Source of the DNA: an uncultured virus (IMG/VR IMGVR_UViG_3300043399_001317)
Taxonomy: Duplodnaviria > Heunggongvirae > Uroviricota > Caudoviricetes
Strand: one strand, 5' to 3'
Virus record (IMG/VR): IMGVR_UViG_3300043399_001317
Length of the DNA stretch: 64,000 nt
This document shows positions 21,063-31,438 of this stretch, piece after piece (positions within the stretch are counted from its first letter, which is position 1; each line of letters starts with the position of its first letter). The notes beneath the pieces were generated by a model that searched no databases, was not told the origin of the DNA, and saw only the letters and a list, made by a program, of their open reading frames with translations. Position numbers and translations under genes: made by a program.

Positions 21063-22742
21063 TTGGAAATATTAATAACAGAGGAACAGTTGAGCAATTT
21101 GCTCACAGAGGGCATAGAGGACGTTCTTTATTATTACAGGTCTTCTGATTCTTTATTGGATATTTTAGAAAGAAATTTAATAAGGACTTCTTTATCAGGT
21201 ATTGGTATAAGTAATAGTAAAAAAGACTCCCTTTTTAATAAAGGTAGGTTATTTTTCTTATCAACAACTAGAAATAAAAATTTTATATTCAGAGATAGAA
21301 ATTGCAGGATATATTTAGACAAGGATAAATTAAAGAGAAAATATAAAATTGTACCATTTAATTATTATTATGACGAATACAGTAGACTGGATGGTAGTGA
21401 ACATGAAGATAGGGTTTTAACATATGACCCCTATTTAATAGCATCTTCTTATATTAAAAGAATTGATATTTGGGGACGAGACCAAAATTTTAGTAAAATA
21501 ATTAAATTGGTCGAAGATAAATACGATTTTCCTGTATATTTTTTCAACGACGTAAAAAAATATAGAATTGGAAATGAAACGTATGCTGTCGGTTTTGGAA
21601 ATATTGAATTTGAAGAAGAACGTGAGGGAAAAATATACACATTAAATAATGAAGAATCAAGTTTATTTTTTTCTATATTTTATCTTAATGATATAAAAAT
21701 ACCTTTTTATTTCGATATCGAAGAAAAGCGAATCATACCTTTAAAGTATAAATTTATTGATAGTTATGACAGTTATTTTAGCGATTTCATTTCAGTAATT
21801 GATAAAATGCGTTCAAACAAGGCTTATTTTAAGTACTTGCGTTTTTTAGCTAAAAAAATGAAGGATTATGGCGCTAGAGACATTAAAAATTTTATATATA
21901 AACTTAGGAGTAAATTAATAGTTAAAGAATACATAGAAAATGGTTCTTTTGGGGATTTGCGGCTTGATTTTTATTCTTTAGAAACTTTAAGTCCATTAAA
22001 AAAAGTTGATGGGAAGTTAACTATAGAAAAACAAAGTATCCATTCCTTAAAAACTTTTGGTACATTAGAAGAAGTCAGTGGTAGCATAATAGCAAATGAG
22101 TGCGATTCTTTGAAAACGCTTGGCGCACTTAAATTTGTTGGTAAAAACCTCGATTTGGAAGGATGTTCTTTACTTGAAGATTTGGGTTCAGTTAAAAAAA
22201 TAGGTGGGATGCTATCAATAAACTCCCCAAAAATTAAAAGTTTCGGTTTACTTGAAGAAGTTGGGGATTTTATAAACGCACCCTACTGTGAATCATTAAC
22301 AACTTTTGGAAACCTTAGAACAGTTTCGGGTAGCATTTATTTGGACCATAACACATCCTTAATTGATTTAGGTAATCTAAAAGAGGTTAATGGGAGTTTA
22401 ATTTTAAATGGTTGCAATTCATTAACAAATTTGGGAAACATAACAAATATAAAAAAGAATTTAAAATTATCGGGTTGCGATTCAATTAATAACCTTAACA
22501 ATCTCGAAGAGGTGGGTGGTTCTGTTGATTTGGATGGTTGTCATTCACTAACAAGTCTTGGGAACCTTAGAAAAATTGGCGAAAAATTAAACTTAAATGG
22601 TTGCACATCCTTAATTGATTTGGGTAATCTACAAGAGGTCGGGCATTCAATTTTCGTGAGTCACAGTTCATTAGAAAAAGAATATCTTTCCGGCGAATTA
22701 AAAAAGAAATACCCCCATTTAGCAGATAAGTTTGAAATGTAA
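21063..22742 (+). CDS. ART-like domain + LRR-like repeat protein (paralog 3)
   Basis: Same architecture; FLSTTR, EHEDR; most repeats. Confidence 0.65.
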   Translation: MEILITEEQLSNLLTEGIEDVLYYYRSSDSLLDILERNLIRTSLSGIGISNSKKDSLFNKGRLFFLSTTRNKNFIFRDRNCRIYLDKDKLKRKYKIVPFNYYYDEYSRLDGSEHEDRVLTYDPYLIASSYIKRIDIWGRDQNFSKIIKLVEDKYDFPVYFFNDVKKYRIGNETYAVGFGNIEFEEEREGKIYTLNNEESSLFFSIFYLNDIKIPFYFDIEEKRIIPLKYKFIDSYDSYFSDFISVIDKMRSNKAYFKYLRFLAKKMKDYGARDIKNFIYKLRSKLIVKEYIENGSFGDLRLDFYSLETLSPLKKVDGKLTIEKQSIHSLKTFGTLEEVSGSIIANECDSLKTLGALKFVGKNLDLEGCSLLEDLGSVKKIGGMLSINSPKIKSFGLLEEVGDFINAPYCESLTTFGNLRTVSGSIYLDHNTSLIDLGNLKEVNGSLILNGCNSLTNLGNITNIKKNLKLSGCDSINNLNNLEEVGGSVDLDGCHSLTSLGNLRKIGEKLNLNGCTSLIDLGNLQEVGHSIFVSHSSLEKEYLSGELKKKYPHLADKFEM

Positions 22743-22776
22743 AAAAACCCAACCAGATTTCCAGTTGGGTTTTTTT
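22741..22776. terminator. Bidirectional intrinsic terminator
   Basis: AAAAAAACCCAAC...GTTGGGTTTTTTT between convergent genes. Confidence 0.8.
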
Positions 22777-22781
22777 AAATG

Positions 22782-23894
22782 TTAAAGGAGCAGAACCCTT
22801 CGACCATTATTTATTTCCAAATTGGTTATGCCCACTTTTTTCAGGTTATCAATAACCGTCCACCTTAAATTTGTTTGGTTGAACCTTGCATAACTAACAT
22901 CTGCGTTTGTTAAGTTTGAATGTGATAAATCTGTTTTGGATAAATCAGCATGTGTCATATATGCGGAATTCAGGTTGCACATAACCATTTTCGCATTAAA
23001 CAAATTTGAGTCAGCCAAGTTTACACTCTGCATGGTTGCTTCTGATAGGTCAGATTCTGAAAGGTCTATTGAAGGCATATATGCTCCATCCAGTTTTGCA
23101 AAGCGAAGTGAACTTTTTAGGATTTTCGCACCTTCCATTTTTGCACCCTCAAAATTTGCATTTTCAAAAGAACATTCAACAATTTTGGAATCAGAAAAAT
23201 TTGACATTTGGGCTTTGACATCGTTCAAGGAAATTTTTTCCAAATGAACCCCAGAAAAATCCGACCATCTCAAATCTGCCCCTTTCATGGAAACACCCAT
23301 AAAAGATGTTTTTCCACCAGAAACGTTGTTCATAACAACACCGTCCATATCTGTTTCGCGAAATATTGTGCTGTACAAATGGGTGGAACTCAAAATGGCG
23401 TTATTCAGTTTTGATTTAAAAAACATTGCCCCGTTCAAATCGCATTTATACAGGTTTGCGTTTTTAAAGTTTGTGTGTTCAATATGAGCATTACTCAATG
23501 ACGCATTAGTCAGGTCAGCCCCGTACATATTTGAATTAAAAATAATCTTCACAGCCAAATTAGCATCTTTCAATAGGGCATATTCAAAATTTGCCATAAC
23601 TATTTGGGATGCATAAAGGTTTACTCCAACCATTTTTGCGCCCCTGAAAATAGCCTCTTTAAAATTTGACCCAGTGAAATCAGATAAATTCAAAGTAGCG
23701 TAGGTAAAATCCGCCCCCTCAAAATTTGCGTTTTGACATGTCATGTTTACCATATAAGCCCCTCGAAAAGAACAATTGGCAAAAGACATATTGTTGTTAA
23801 AACTTGCCATTGCAAATTCTACAGTGCTGAGGTCTTCTCCGCTAAAATCCGACCTACCTTCTTCAATTTGTTCCCAAAATTCTTCGTTTGTCAT
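22782..23894 (-). CDS. Pentapeptide-repeat protein
   Basis: 370 aa of pentapeptide repeats; N-cap EGRSDF. Confidence 0.92.
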   Translation of the reverse strand: MTNEEFWEQIEEGRSDFSGEDLSTVEFAMASFNNNMSFANCSFRGAYMVNMTCQNANFEGADFTYATLNLSDFTGSNFKEAIFRGAKMVGVNLYASQIVMANFEYALLKDANLAVKIIFNSNMYGADLTNASLSNAHIEHTNFKNANLYKCDLNGAMFFKSKLNNAILSSTHLYSTIFRETDMDGVVMNNVSGGKTSFMGVSMKGADLRWSDFSGVHLEKISLNDVKAQMSNFSDSKIVECSFENANFEGAKMEGAKILKSSLRFAKLDGAYMPSIDLSESDLSEATMQSVNLADSNLFNAKMVMCNLNSAYMTHADLSKTDLSHSNLTNADVSYARFNQTNLRWTVIDNLKKVGITNLEINNGRRVLLL

Positions 23895-24012
23895 ATTATT
23901 TATTTTTTTCTAATTCATTATAAACATTTTTAAGCACATGCCAGTAACCCCTATCACCCAACTTAATTTCGCACCACTCTTCCATTAATTCGTCATAGTT
24001 TTAAAATTTTTG

Positions 24013-24318
24013 TTACTTATAAAATCTTTCACTCCATTTAACAACTTTCAACTTGGAAAATAAGTTGTTCAGAACTTCTTCTTTAATTTCATCAGAAAGC
24101 GGAACATCTTTTTCTTCAATTTTTTCTGCGAATGAACGCCTAACGCCGCTAATAATCCTTTCATATTTTTTGACCGGAAAATATTTTCTTTTTGAACCAT
24201 CTTCCTTTTTAAAGAGGATATAAGAGTCCAAACAGATGTTCAAGTCAATGAGGATGAAACTCCATTCTTCATAATAGGTTTCATCTATTTTATTTTTAAA
24301 ATTAACAGTTGGATACAT
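24013..24318 (-). CDS. Hypothetical protein (paralog of 26034..26327)
   Basis: Shared YE.W.F......LD.Y and VPL...KEE.......KV.KW. Confidence 0.7.
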   Translation of the reverse strand: MYPTVNFKNKIDETYYEEWSFILIDLNICLDSYILFKKEDGSKRKYFPVKKYERIISGVRRSFAEKIEEKDVPLSDEIKEEVLNNLFSKLKVVKWSERFYK

Positions 24319-24343
24319 TTGTTTTTATTTTTAATGGTTAAAA

Positions 24344-24628
24344 TTAATAAGAAGGACGCTCAAGATAAGCCCAATGGGTTATAAATGACGACTTGAATTG
24401 ACCTTCTGTGAATTGAGAGATACCAATTGCTTCGTTTTCACCTATTTGCAAAAAAGTTAAATATTGACCATCTTTTTCTGGTTTTCCATCTTTCATATCT
24501 CGCCAAAATATAGCATTTTGTAATAGGTTGTCCCAAATCAATTCCGGGCTGTTAAATTCGGCTTTAAATTCATCTTCAAAGGTTTCATTAACTTTTGAAA
24601 CTTTGTTCATGAAATATTCTTTGTTCAT
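24344..24628 (-). CDS. Hypothetical protein (DUF551-like C-terminus)
   Basis: W......P..DG.YL ... ITHWAYL..P pattern; start moved to MNKEY. Confidence 0.55.
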   Translation of the reverse strand: MNKEYFMNKVSKVNETFEDEFKAEFNSPELIWDNLLQNAIFWRDMKDGKPEKDGQYLTFLQIGENEAIGISQFTEGQFKSSFITHWAYLERPSY

Positions 24629-24659
24629 AATGGTTAATATTTTAGCGTTATAATAAATT

Positions 24660-25355
24660 TCAATAAATTTTGCCCACACTAAACTTAAAGTCGTCCCAAA
24701 TTAGGTATTCCCCAGACGTACCAAGCGTATCAATAAAAATAACGTCATCGCTAATAATTAAGTTCTCATATGCGGTGTGTCCAACAACTTGGATAAAACC
24801 TTCAATCCTATCTTTCATTAAACTTCTTGGTCTTACCCAAATTGGTGTTTGTTCAACATCATCTCCAAAAAAGCTGCGATTTTTACCGCCCGTAAACTTG
24901 AAAGAATTTGGTTTGAACTTAAAAAGTTCGTTAATTGATTCCTCAATAAATTCTCTCTGTATCAAATTATTGTCGCACCAAGTTTGTGTTACCCCCGCAT
25001 GGGAGAAAAGCATGTTCTGCCAAACAAAACACATCTGGAATAATTCAGCATCAATAGCGGGGTGCAATAATTCTTGTATGTCAGTCTTTTGCCAAGACTG
25101 ATAACCTGCGTAAGACTCAGTTGAACTCCCCAAATAATGGTAGTCGTGGTTTCCAAACAACAAAACAACCTTATCCATGTTCGCTTTCTTATAGGCGAGT
25201 ATTTCTTTAAAGTTTTCTTTTTGCTGTTCGGCTGAAATATCTTCACGGGTATCAAAATAATCACCCATAAAAACAACCTTATCAAACTTTTCCTTGGCTA
25301 TAATTTGTTTCCAAATAGTTCTGCCGTGTATATCCCCTAATCCAATTATCCTCAT
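24660..25355 (-). CDS. Calcineurin-like metallophosphoesterase
   Basis: GDIHG, GDYFD, GNHD, SHAG, VGHT, IDT. Confidence 0.92.
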   Translation of the reverse strand: MRIIGLGDIHGRTIWKQIIAKEKFDKVVFMGDYFDTREDISAEQQKENFKEILAYKKANMDKVVLLFGNHDYHYLGSSTESYAGYQSWQKTDIQELLHPAIDAELFQMCFVWQNMLFSHAGVTQTWCDNNLIQREFIEESINELFKFKPNSFKFTGGKNRSFFGDDVEQTPIWVRPRSLMKDRIEGFIQVVGHTAYENLIISDDVIFIDTLGTSGEYLIWDDFKFSVGKIY

Positions 25356-25377
25356 TTTAATTTTTGTTTAAAAGTTG

Positions 25378-25782
25378 TTATTGAATATTTTGAATACCCA
25401 GCATTTTCATCGCAAAATCCGCAAATTGACTGTTATCGCCAAGATACTTATATTGAAGATAGACCAAAAATGCAACATCAAAAGTCGGACTAATGATATG
25501 GGTCCTTCTCCAATTTCCATTCTCATCAACGTATATGCTTCTAAACGGATATTTTGCCTCCCATTCATCTTTAACAATAACAGTGTAAATTTTGACTTCA
25601 TCAGTAGAAAGCACAATTTCAGCCAGTTTTTTTTCGTTGGCAACTTGCTCAATGAGTTGCCTATCTTTTTGTTTTTTTTCATTTTCTTCTTTAGCCCTAC
25701 CAATAAACCCTTTCATCAGGTTTTTTTGTATTTTCGGAAATTCGCTGTTGTCCACAAGTTCAATAATTTTTTCTGTGTTCAT
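25378..25782 (-). CDS. Hypothetical protein
   Basis: ORF, likely start MNTEK. Confidence 0.65.
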   Translation of the reverse strand: MNTEKIIELVDNSEFPKIQKNLMKGFIGRAKEENEKKQKDRQLIEQVANEKKLAEIVLSTDEVKIYTVIVKDEWEAKYPFRSIYVDENGNWRRTHIISPTFDVAFLVYLQYKYLGDNSQFADFAMKMLGIQNIQ

Positions 25783-25807
25783 TTTTATTTTGTTTTTATA
25801 TGATTTT

Positions 25808-26026
25808 TTAATTAAGAGCAATACCTTTGTTAGACAGAATCTCTCTATTATCAGGATAGTTTTCAATTTCTTCCTGTGTCATGGGCACAATCTTGTATGC
25901 AGATGAAGGAAATTGACCTGATATAAATTCATTACAATCCTCCAATGTTCCAACAAAACAACCCTGACCCTCATCTGAGTGATAAATTAAATCCAGCACC
26001 TTGTGTGTTTTTAGTTTCTTGCCCAT
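25808..26026 (-). CDS. Hypothetical protein
   Basis: 72-aa ORF in operon. Confidence 0.6.
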   Translation of the reverse strand: MGKKLKTHKVLDLIYHSDEGQGCFVGTLEDCNEFISGQFPSSAYKIVPMTQEEIENYPDNREILSNKGIALN

Positions 26027-26033
26027 TTTGTTT

Positions 26034-26327
26034 TTATTTTTCGCCCCATTTAAGGACTTTTATTTTTGGATTCCCTAATCCTACAAATTTTTTATATGCT
26101 TCTTCTTTAACATCCTCTGGCAAAGGGACTTCACTAGCTTTAATGCTATCGTCATGCCATATATGGGGGGCAAACCTTTTGTATAACTTCTTTTTTTCAT
26201 AAAAAGGATGAAATTCATCTTTTCTTGCATATAAGGCATAAAAATCCAAATAAAGGTTTCCCTCATCGAAAACGAACTGCCATTTTTCATAAGATAGTTC
26301 GTCAATTGGTTTGATAACTTCTACCAT
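26034..26327 (-). CDS. Hypothetical protein (paralog of 24013..24318)
   Basis: See paralog; promoter TATCTTTG upstream. Confidence 0.7.
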   Translation of the reverse strand: MVEVIKPIDELSYEKWQFVFDEGNLYLDFYALYARKDEFHPFYEKKKLYKRFAPHIWHDDSIKASEVPLPEDVKEEAYKKFVGLGNPKIKVLKWGEK

Positions 26328-26442
26328 ATCATTTAATATTTTGTTGAGACAAAGATACGGAGGTTATTCCAAAAAAGCAAGCACCAAAAAAAAAATCCCA
26401 AAAAAATATTTCTGGGATTCTTTTAAAATAAAAACAAAATAA

Positions 26443-26814
26443 TCACTTAACTCCCTTAACTCTCCATACGCCTCCGGTAATCATTCCTTTGTATATGGCA
26501 AATTCGATTTCATCTCCGATTTTCTTTTTGTAATAAAGTTTGGGTTCACATTTGGCTGAGAATATTTCGCCATTTGATTCAACCATCACAATGAACTTTT
26601 CTGGTTCATAAGAAGATGTTGTTACAATACCCGGTTTGCCGTTGGTTATAACCGTGCCAGTCTCGACCCCGCCACTTTCTGCGACATATTGTTTATCAAC
26701 AACTTTGCCGACAAAAAATTCCGGTTTTGAGGATATCCAATCAAACAGAACGACAACACAGAGCAACAGGAAAGCCCCGACCAAAATTGATAGAAAGTCA
26801 AAATATTTTATCAT
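26443..26814 (-). CDS. Membrane-anchored hypothetical protein
   Basis: N-terminal TM helix then G.VVDK.Y beta-rich domain. Confidence 0.7.
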   Translation of the reverse strand: MIKYFDFLSILVGAFLLLCVVVLFDWISSKPEFFVGKVVDKQYVAESGGVETGTVITNGKPGIVTTSSYEPEKFIVMVESNGEIFSAKCEPKLYYKKKIGDEIEFAIYKGMITGGVWRVKGVK

Positions 26815-26897
26815 AATTGTTATTTTTAAAAAATTGTACCCGATATGGTATAAAGTTAACAGAAATGGTTTAAATCGTACCTTATCGGGTGTAAAAA

Positions 26898-27107
26898 TTA
26901 ATTTTGTGCTTTATCTTTGTTTTCCCAATCAATTGAGAATCCGCCCACGATTTCGCAAGATAAAATCAAATTCAATGCGGTGGTTATTTTTTCGTCCATT
27001 TCAATATATTCGGAGCTTAAACGGGAATGTTCGTCCCTTTCTTCCTCCATCCGGTTTATTTTTTCCCAAAATTTAACCTCATTAATCAATATGGTTTTCA
27101 TATTCAA
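26898..27107 (-). CDS. Hypothetical protein
   Basis: 69-aa ORF. Confidence 0.55.
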   Translation of the reverse strand: MNMKTILINEVKFWEKINRMEEERDEHSRLSSEYIEMDEKITTALNLILSCEIVGGFSIDWENKDKAQN

Positions 27108-27124
27108 TTTTTTTTGATTAGAAG

Positions 27125-27331
27125 TTATTTTATCCTCCCGTTTATGAAATTTCCCTTGCTGTCTTTTGCAATGAAATATTTCCTATCCAAATCGAAATAA
27201 TATTCTTTGGTGACGGGCTGTTGCTTTAGTTTAACGCCAACTGCGTAAAAAAATACTTTTTCACCAGCCACCTCTTTATCCCCGAGTTGGGGCATTTTGT
27301 CTATGGCAAATTTTTTATTTATTACTACCAT
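27125..27331 (-). CDS. Hypothetical protein
   Basis: 68-aa ORF. Confidence 0.55.
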   Translation of the reverse strand: MVVINKKFAIDKMPQLGDKEVAGEKVFFYAVGVKLKQQPVTKEYYFDLDRKYFIAKDSKGNFINGRIK

Positions 27332-27338
27332 TTTGTTT

Positions 27339-27593
27339 TTATTTTTTAATTAAAAAATTCCAATTGGAAACATCAATAAGATACAACATTCTTTCCAAAC
27401 CCTCATCTGACATATATCTCAAAACATTAATCGCCCCAATCATTTGAGTATCGGTATCTTTTATATCATCAAAAACAAATGTTTTTTGTAATGTTTTGTA
27501 GTATTCATTGGTGACAATTTTTTCCATTTCCGCAAATTTTTCCTTATCGCAAACTATGGAAAGTATTTTCGCCATTAATTGAACTCTGTTCAT
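27339..27593 (-). CDS. Hypothetical protein
   Basis: 84-aa ORF. Confidence 0.6.
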   Translation of the reverse strand: MNRVQLMAKILSIVCDKEKFAEMEKIVTNEYYKTLQKTFVFDDIKDTDTQMIGAINVLRYMSDEGLERMLYLIDVSNWNFLIKK

Positions 27594-27614
27594 AATAATT
27601 CATTTTAAAGATTA

Positions 27615-27965
27615 TCACAATTCATCGTGGATAACACAAAGTTGTTTATATATCGAGGATGACAGTTCGCTCATTGGTTCGTTATAATCTTCTCTGGTCA
27701 ATTGGTCAAACCCTTCAATTTTGGAAAGTGCTTCCAAAAATTCTTTTTTCTTTTTGACACGTTTGAAGAACCGCATGAGGGGCATTTCGGTTGAGGCTTT
27801 TGCGACATACAGGACGGCATAATAACCAATATCCTTTTTTGCCAAAAAAACGAACAACGAATTGAACTCATATAAGTCAGCATCGGTTTCACCCATTTCA
27901 GCCATTGCCGAACGGTAAAAAAGTTTGATTTCATCCGTTGATTTTTCAACATTTATTTTTTTCAT
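27615..27965 (-). CDS. Hypothetical protein (paralog of 28969..29289)
   Basis: Shared PL.RF...VK...E.LE.LSKIEG...L and YKQL. Confidence 0.7.
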   Translation of the reverse strand: MKKINVEKSTDEIKLFYRSAMAEMGETDADLYEFNSLFVFLAKKDIGYYAVLYVAKASTEMPLMRFFKRVKKKKEFLEALSKIEGFDQLTREDYNEPMSELSSSIYKQLCVIHDEL

Positions 27966-28018
27966 CTTATTAAGTTTTAATGATAATGCAAAGATAGAAT
28001 AAAAAACTTACTTTATTG

Positions 28019-28858
28019 TTATGCTTTCATTTGTGGTAATGTTGTAAACCCTCCCACAATGGATAAATTGGCATCGGAGAGGTCAACATTTTCCATTTGG
28101 ACATTGTCCAAACTTGCGCTTTCAAAATTTGCTTTCAATATTTTTGAATTGAATATTTGGCTTTCATCGAAAAAAGCCCCGGTGAAATTTGATTCCAAAA
28201 AATTTGAGTTCAATATGTTGCAATGCATAAGGTTTGTTCCAACCATTTCCATTTTATTCATTTTTGTTTCCTCGATTCCGGTATTCCGCATATTTGCCCC
28301 AATGAGTTTGACATTATTCACATTTGCGTTAAAAAAATGCGATTCAACCAATTCGGACCCGGTTAAGTTTAAATTGTTAAGGGTGCAATAATGGAATTCG
28401 GCATATTTCAGTTTGGAATAAGCCATATTGACATTGTTCAAGATTGCGTTATCCATTTTGGCATGTTCCATATGTGCCTCCCTGAAATCGGAGTCGAGCA
28501 ATTCTGCCCCACGCAGGACAACGCTTGGCATAAAAGCCTTATGGAAGTTTGAATTTTTTATTTTTGAGCTTGACATATTTGCGTTTATGAACTCCGCCTC
28601 AAAAGCATTGCAGTTATCAAAAACGCAATTGGTCAATTTGGTTGTGTTCATTTGCGTCCCTTCCATCTTTACATTGAAAAAATAAGACCATGCCATATTT
28701 GATGCTGAAAAAACGCAACGCTCCAAGTTGCAATCGATAAATTCTGACATTTCAAAACTAATTCCATGAAAATCCAGCCCAGAAAGGTCAAGATTCAGAA
28801 AACGGTTTTGCCCTTTTTTGAGAAGTTCCAAAACTTCATCTTTTGTCATTTTTTTCAT
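28019..28858 (-). CDS. Pentapeptide-repeat protein
   Basis: Pentapeptide repeats; N-cap MTKDEVLELLKKGQNRF. Confidence 0.92.
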   Translation of the reverse strand: MKKMTKDEVLELLKKGQNRFLNLDLSGLDFHGISFEMSEFIDCNLERCVFSASNMAWSYFFNVKMEGTQMNTTKLTNCVFDNCNAFEAEFINANMSSSKIKNSNFHKAFMPSVVLRGAELLDSDFREAHMEHAKMDNAILNNVNMAYSKLKYAEFHYCTLNNLNLTGSELVESHFFNANVNNVKLIGANMRNTGIEETKMNKMEMVGTNLMHCNILNSNFLESNFTGAFFDESQIFNSKILKANFESASLDNVQMENVDLSDANLSIVGGFTTLPQMKA

Positions 28859-28968
28859 TTTAAAATAAATTTAATGTTAATGAATAAAAAAATAAAGCCA
28901 CAAATTTAAAAAAATATGTGACCTTACAATTGTCATATTTTTGTTTTTGCAATTGAAATAATTGGTTA

Positions 28969-29289
28969 TCAACGCTGGAGGGAATATCTGAGGTCAGACA
29001 GTTGTTTATATGCCTTATCTGCCTTTTCTGTGTTTTCATTATTTTCTGTCTTATTTGCAAAATCTCCCCACACAAGTTCGTTAAGACCTTCGATTTTTGA
29101 CAAACCTTCCAGAAGTTCCCTTTGGGTTTTCACATAAGGAAACCTAAAGAGGGGTTCAGAGTCCGATACGGATGGAAGGAACACCTCCGCAGAATAGCGA
29201 TAATTTGAAAAATAACCCTTTTTGGAAAAGATAACCAAAAGGCCATTCCCGGAATAGTTTCCATCTTTGTTTCTTTTGAAGTTTTTCAT
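28969..29289 (-). CDS. Hypothetical protein (paralog of 27615..27965)
   Basis: Start MKNFKR downstream of a TATCTTTG promoter. Confidence 0.7.
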   Translation of the reverse strand: MKNFKRNKDGNYSGNGLLVIFSKKGYFSNYRYSAEVFLPSVSDSEPLFRFPYVKTQRELLEGLSKIEGLNELVWGDFANKTENNENTEKADKAYKQLSDLRYSLQR

Positions 29290-29371
29290 AATGCAAGTTT
29301 TTTTGAGTTTTTCAATGGGACAAAGATAAGGCAAAGTTTTGAAAGATGCAAGAGATAACAAAAAAATATTT

Positions 29372-29779
29372 TCAGTTATAACGCCATCCTTCATCATTTG
29401 GTTCAACGGAATATATGTTTTCCCATTCGATATGGTTTGACAAAGTGCCTTTTGAAAAATCATATATATTGCCGTTTATTTCAACCCAATGATGAACCAT
29501 TAGGTTTTGTTTTTTTCCGTATTGGTCAATATATGGTTCATCCACTTCTATTTCACCAAAGACTTTAACGGCTTCTTCAAATTCCATGGTTATTTCTGAA
29601 ACAATTGATTGGCAATCCCCAATTTCTTGGTTATCTATATAGTTTTCCCAAGCCAAATCCAAATTTCCGTCATATAGTTCAATAAATTCTTCTTCGTCAA
29701 CCAAATTTTCCATAATCAAATATTTCTTTATTTGCTCAACAATCAACCTTTCGTTTTCAATTTTTTTTTTGTTTCGCAA
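29372..29779 (-). CDS. Hypothetical protein (possible transglutaminase/papain-like C-H-D triad)
   Basis: GDCQ ... HHWVE....IYDFS. Confidence 0.5.
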   Translation of the reverse strand: MRNKKKIENERLIVEQIKKYLIMENLVDEEEFIELYDGNLDLAWENYIDNQEIGDCQSIVSEITMEFEEAVKVFGEIEVDEPYIDQYGKKQNLMVHHWVEINGNIYDFSKGTLSNHIEWENIYSVEPNDEGWRYN

Positions 29780-30249
29780 ATATTTTGAAGCGAGCCAATC
29801 AGGTTTAACCTATCCTCTTTTAATTTATATTTGTCATAACGGTTCCCTTGGTTTTCCATTGCCCTAACGCCTTGGGTATATTCTTTCATAAACCTTCTCA
29901 TTTTTGCGAGAATGCTTTTCCCCTTAAATTCAAAACCGATGGTCAGGTCATGTGAACCTGAGCCCGCGAGCGAATAATTGTTTTCAAATTTATCCAGAAC
30001 GTCTTGTGGAAGCCCGCCAATGCGGATGGTTTTAATCATATCGAGAAAATCCTTTATAAAATTTGCCGAAGATTCGCTATGAAACCTATCCAAAAATTCG
30101 TCGGTAAATTGTTTTATGCTTATCCCGGGTTTGAGTTGATAGCCGACATTATCAATATCCCCATCTTCATCGACTTCTTCAAACCAAACCAATTTTCCAC
30201 CCGGATAAAGGTTTTGCTCCTGAACTGTTTTTCCATATAAATAAATCAT
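29743..30249 (-). CDS. Hypothetical protein
   Basis: 168-aa ORF; ATATTTAT upstream on the minus strand. Confidence 0.65.
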   Translation of the reverse strand: MIYLYGKTVQEQNLYPGGKLVWFEEVDEDGDIDNVGYQLKPGISIKQFTDEFLDRFHSESSANFIKDFLDMIKTIRIGGLPQDVLDKFENNYSLAGSGSHDLTIGFEFKGKSILAKMRRFMKEYTQGVRAMENQGNRYDKYKLKEDRLNLIGSLQNICETKKKLKTKG

Positions 30250-30286
30250 AACAAAGTATTTTAAAGATAAATATTAAAAAACAATA

Positions 30287-31000
30287 TTATTTAAAAGAAA
30301 CCGCAACAAAAAAGGTTTTCACGTCAGCATCAACACCCCAATTAACAAAAACATGATTGCTAATGTCAGATAAACCTTTCTTATGCCAAACATGGTCGTT
30401 AAAGGTATCAACATGGATATCCCCTTTCATCTCCGACAACTCAGCCATCTTTTTGCAATATTGGGCAGCATTCTCCCAAACATGAGCTTTAAAACCAACA
30501 CCCCTCTTATGGGCAACAGCCTCAAAAGCAAACCTAAATTCATCGGGAATATCAGTCCAAGTTTTCAAAAGACTTTTAACAATGCAAGCATCGGAACCCT
30601 CAATAATGGAAACAAAACACTCATTGTAAAAGGAAGCAAAAGAAAAGGAAACCCCTTGCTTTTCCATAAACAATTCAACCTCCCTCAATGCAGATTCCTC
30701 ATCCACATGCTCCAAACGCAGAATATGGTCAATAGGGTTCTCAAAAGTATAACCGGATTCATCATAACTGCAAAACCTAATAAGATGTTCGGGCAAATCA
30801 ACACCATGCCCAGAAAACTTAGATAGGTTAGACCAACCAGAAGTGCCCAAAGAAGTAAAGTAAAAACCAAGCATCTCAACAATACGGTCAATCTTCTTAA
30901 TCTTGATATGTTCATCCCCCCTAAAGAGGTTCACATAGTTTTCGCCCACAACAAGCGTAATGTCAAAAATGGAATAAATGCCTTCCCTAATCTTTTTCAT
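30287..31000 (-). CDS. Hypothetical protein
   Basis: ORF, likely start MKKIRE; strongly G/T-skewed coding strand. Confidence 0.65.
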   Translation of the reverse strand: MKKIREGIYSIFDITLVVGENYVNLFRGDEHIKIKKIDRIVEMLGFYFTSLGTSGWSNLSKFSGHGVDLPEHLIRFCSYDESGYTFENPIDHILRLEHVDEESALREVELFMEKQGVSFSFASFYNECFVSIIEGSDACIVKSLLKTWTDIPDEFRFAFEAVAHKRGVGFKAHVWENAAQYCKKMAELSEMKGDIHVDTFNDHVWHKKGLSDISNHVFVNWGVDADVKTFFVAVSFK

Positions 31001-31438
31001 AAACGTATGGTTTTTATCAAAAAAATAATAACAGGACAAATGTACAAACAACTAATGAAATATGCAAGTGTATAACAGAAAAAAAATTTTTTACTGTAAA
31101 ATATACATAGAAAATGGTTATATAAAAGACTGATTATCAATAAGTAAATAAATGATTGAAAATCAGTTAATTATGTAATAAATTACAAAAACCCGCAATC
31201 CGGGCTAAAATGGCCTTGAAAGCCCATAAAATAAGGGGTTTTAAGGGTATAAGGCAATACATAAAATAAGCACATATATAAAGGAAAACCCGCCAACACG
31301 CAAAGGGGGCATCTCATGGGTTAAATGCCCCGAATTCGGGGTATTTGAACTAACTGTAAAGGGATAAAACATAATAAAATTAACCCTTTTAAGAGGGATA
31401 AATACTAAAAGATATTAAAGGAAATGGATAAACAATAT

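Noticed and set aside
31125..31245. Tyrosine-recombinase (att/dif-like) sites around CTGATTATCAAT...TTGAAAATCAGT
   Set aside because: Imperfect AT-rich symmetry and no recombinase in the window; too weak to call
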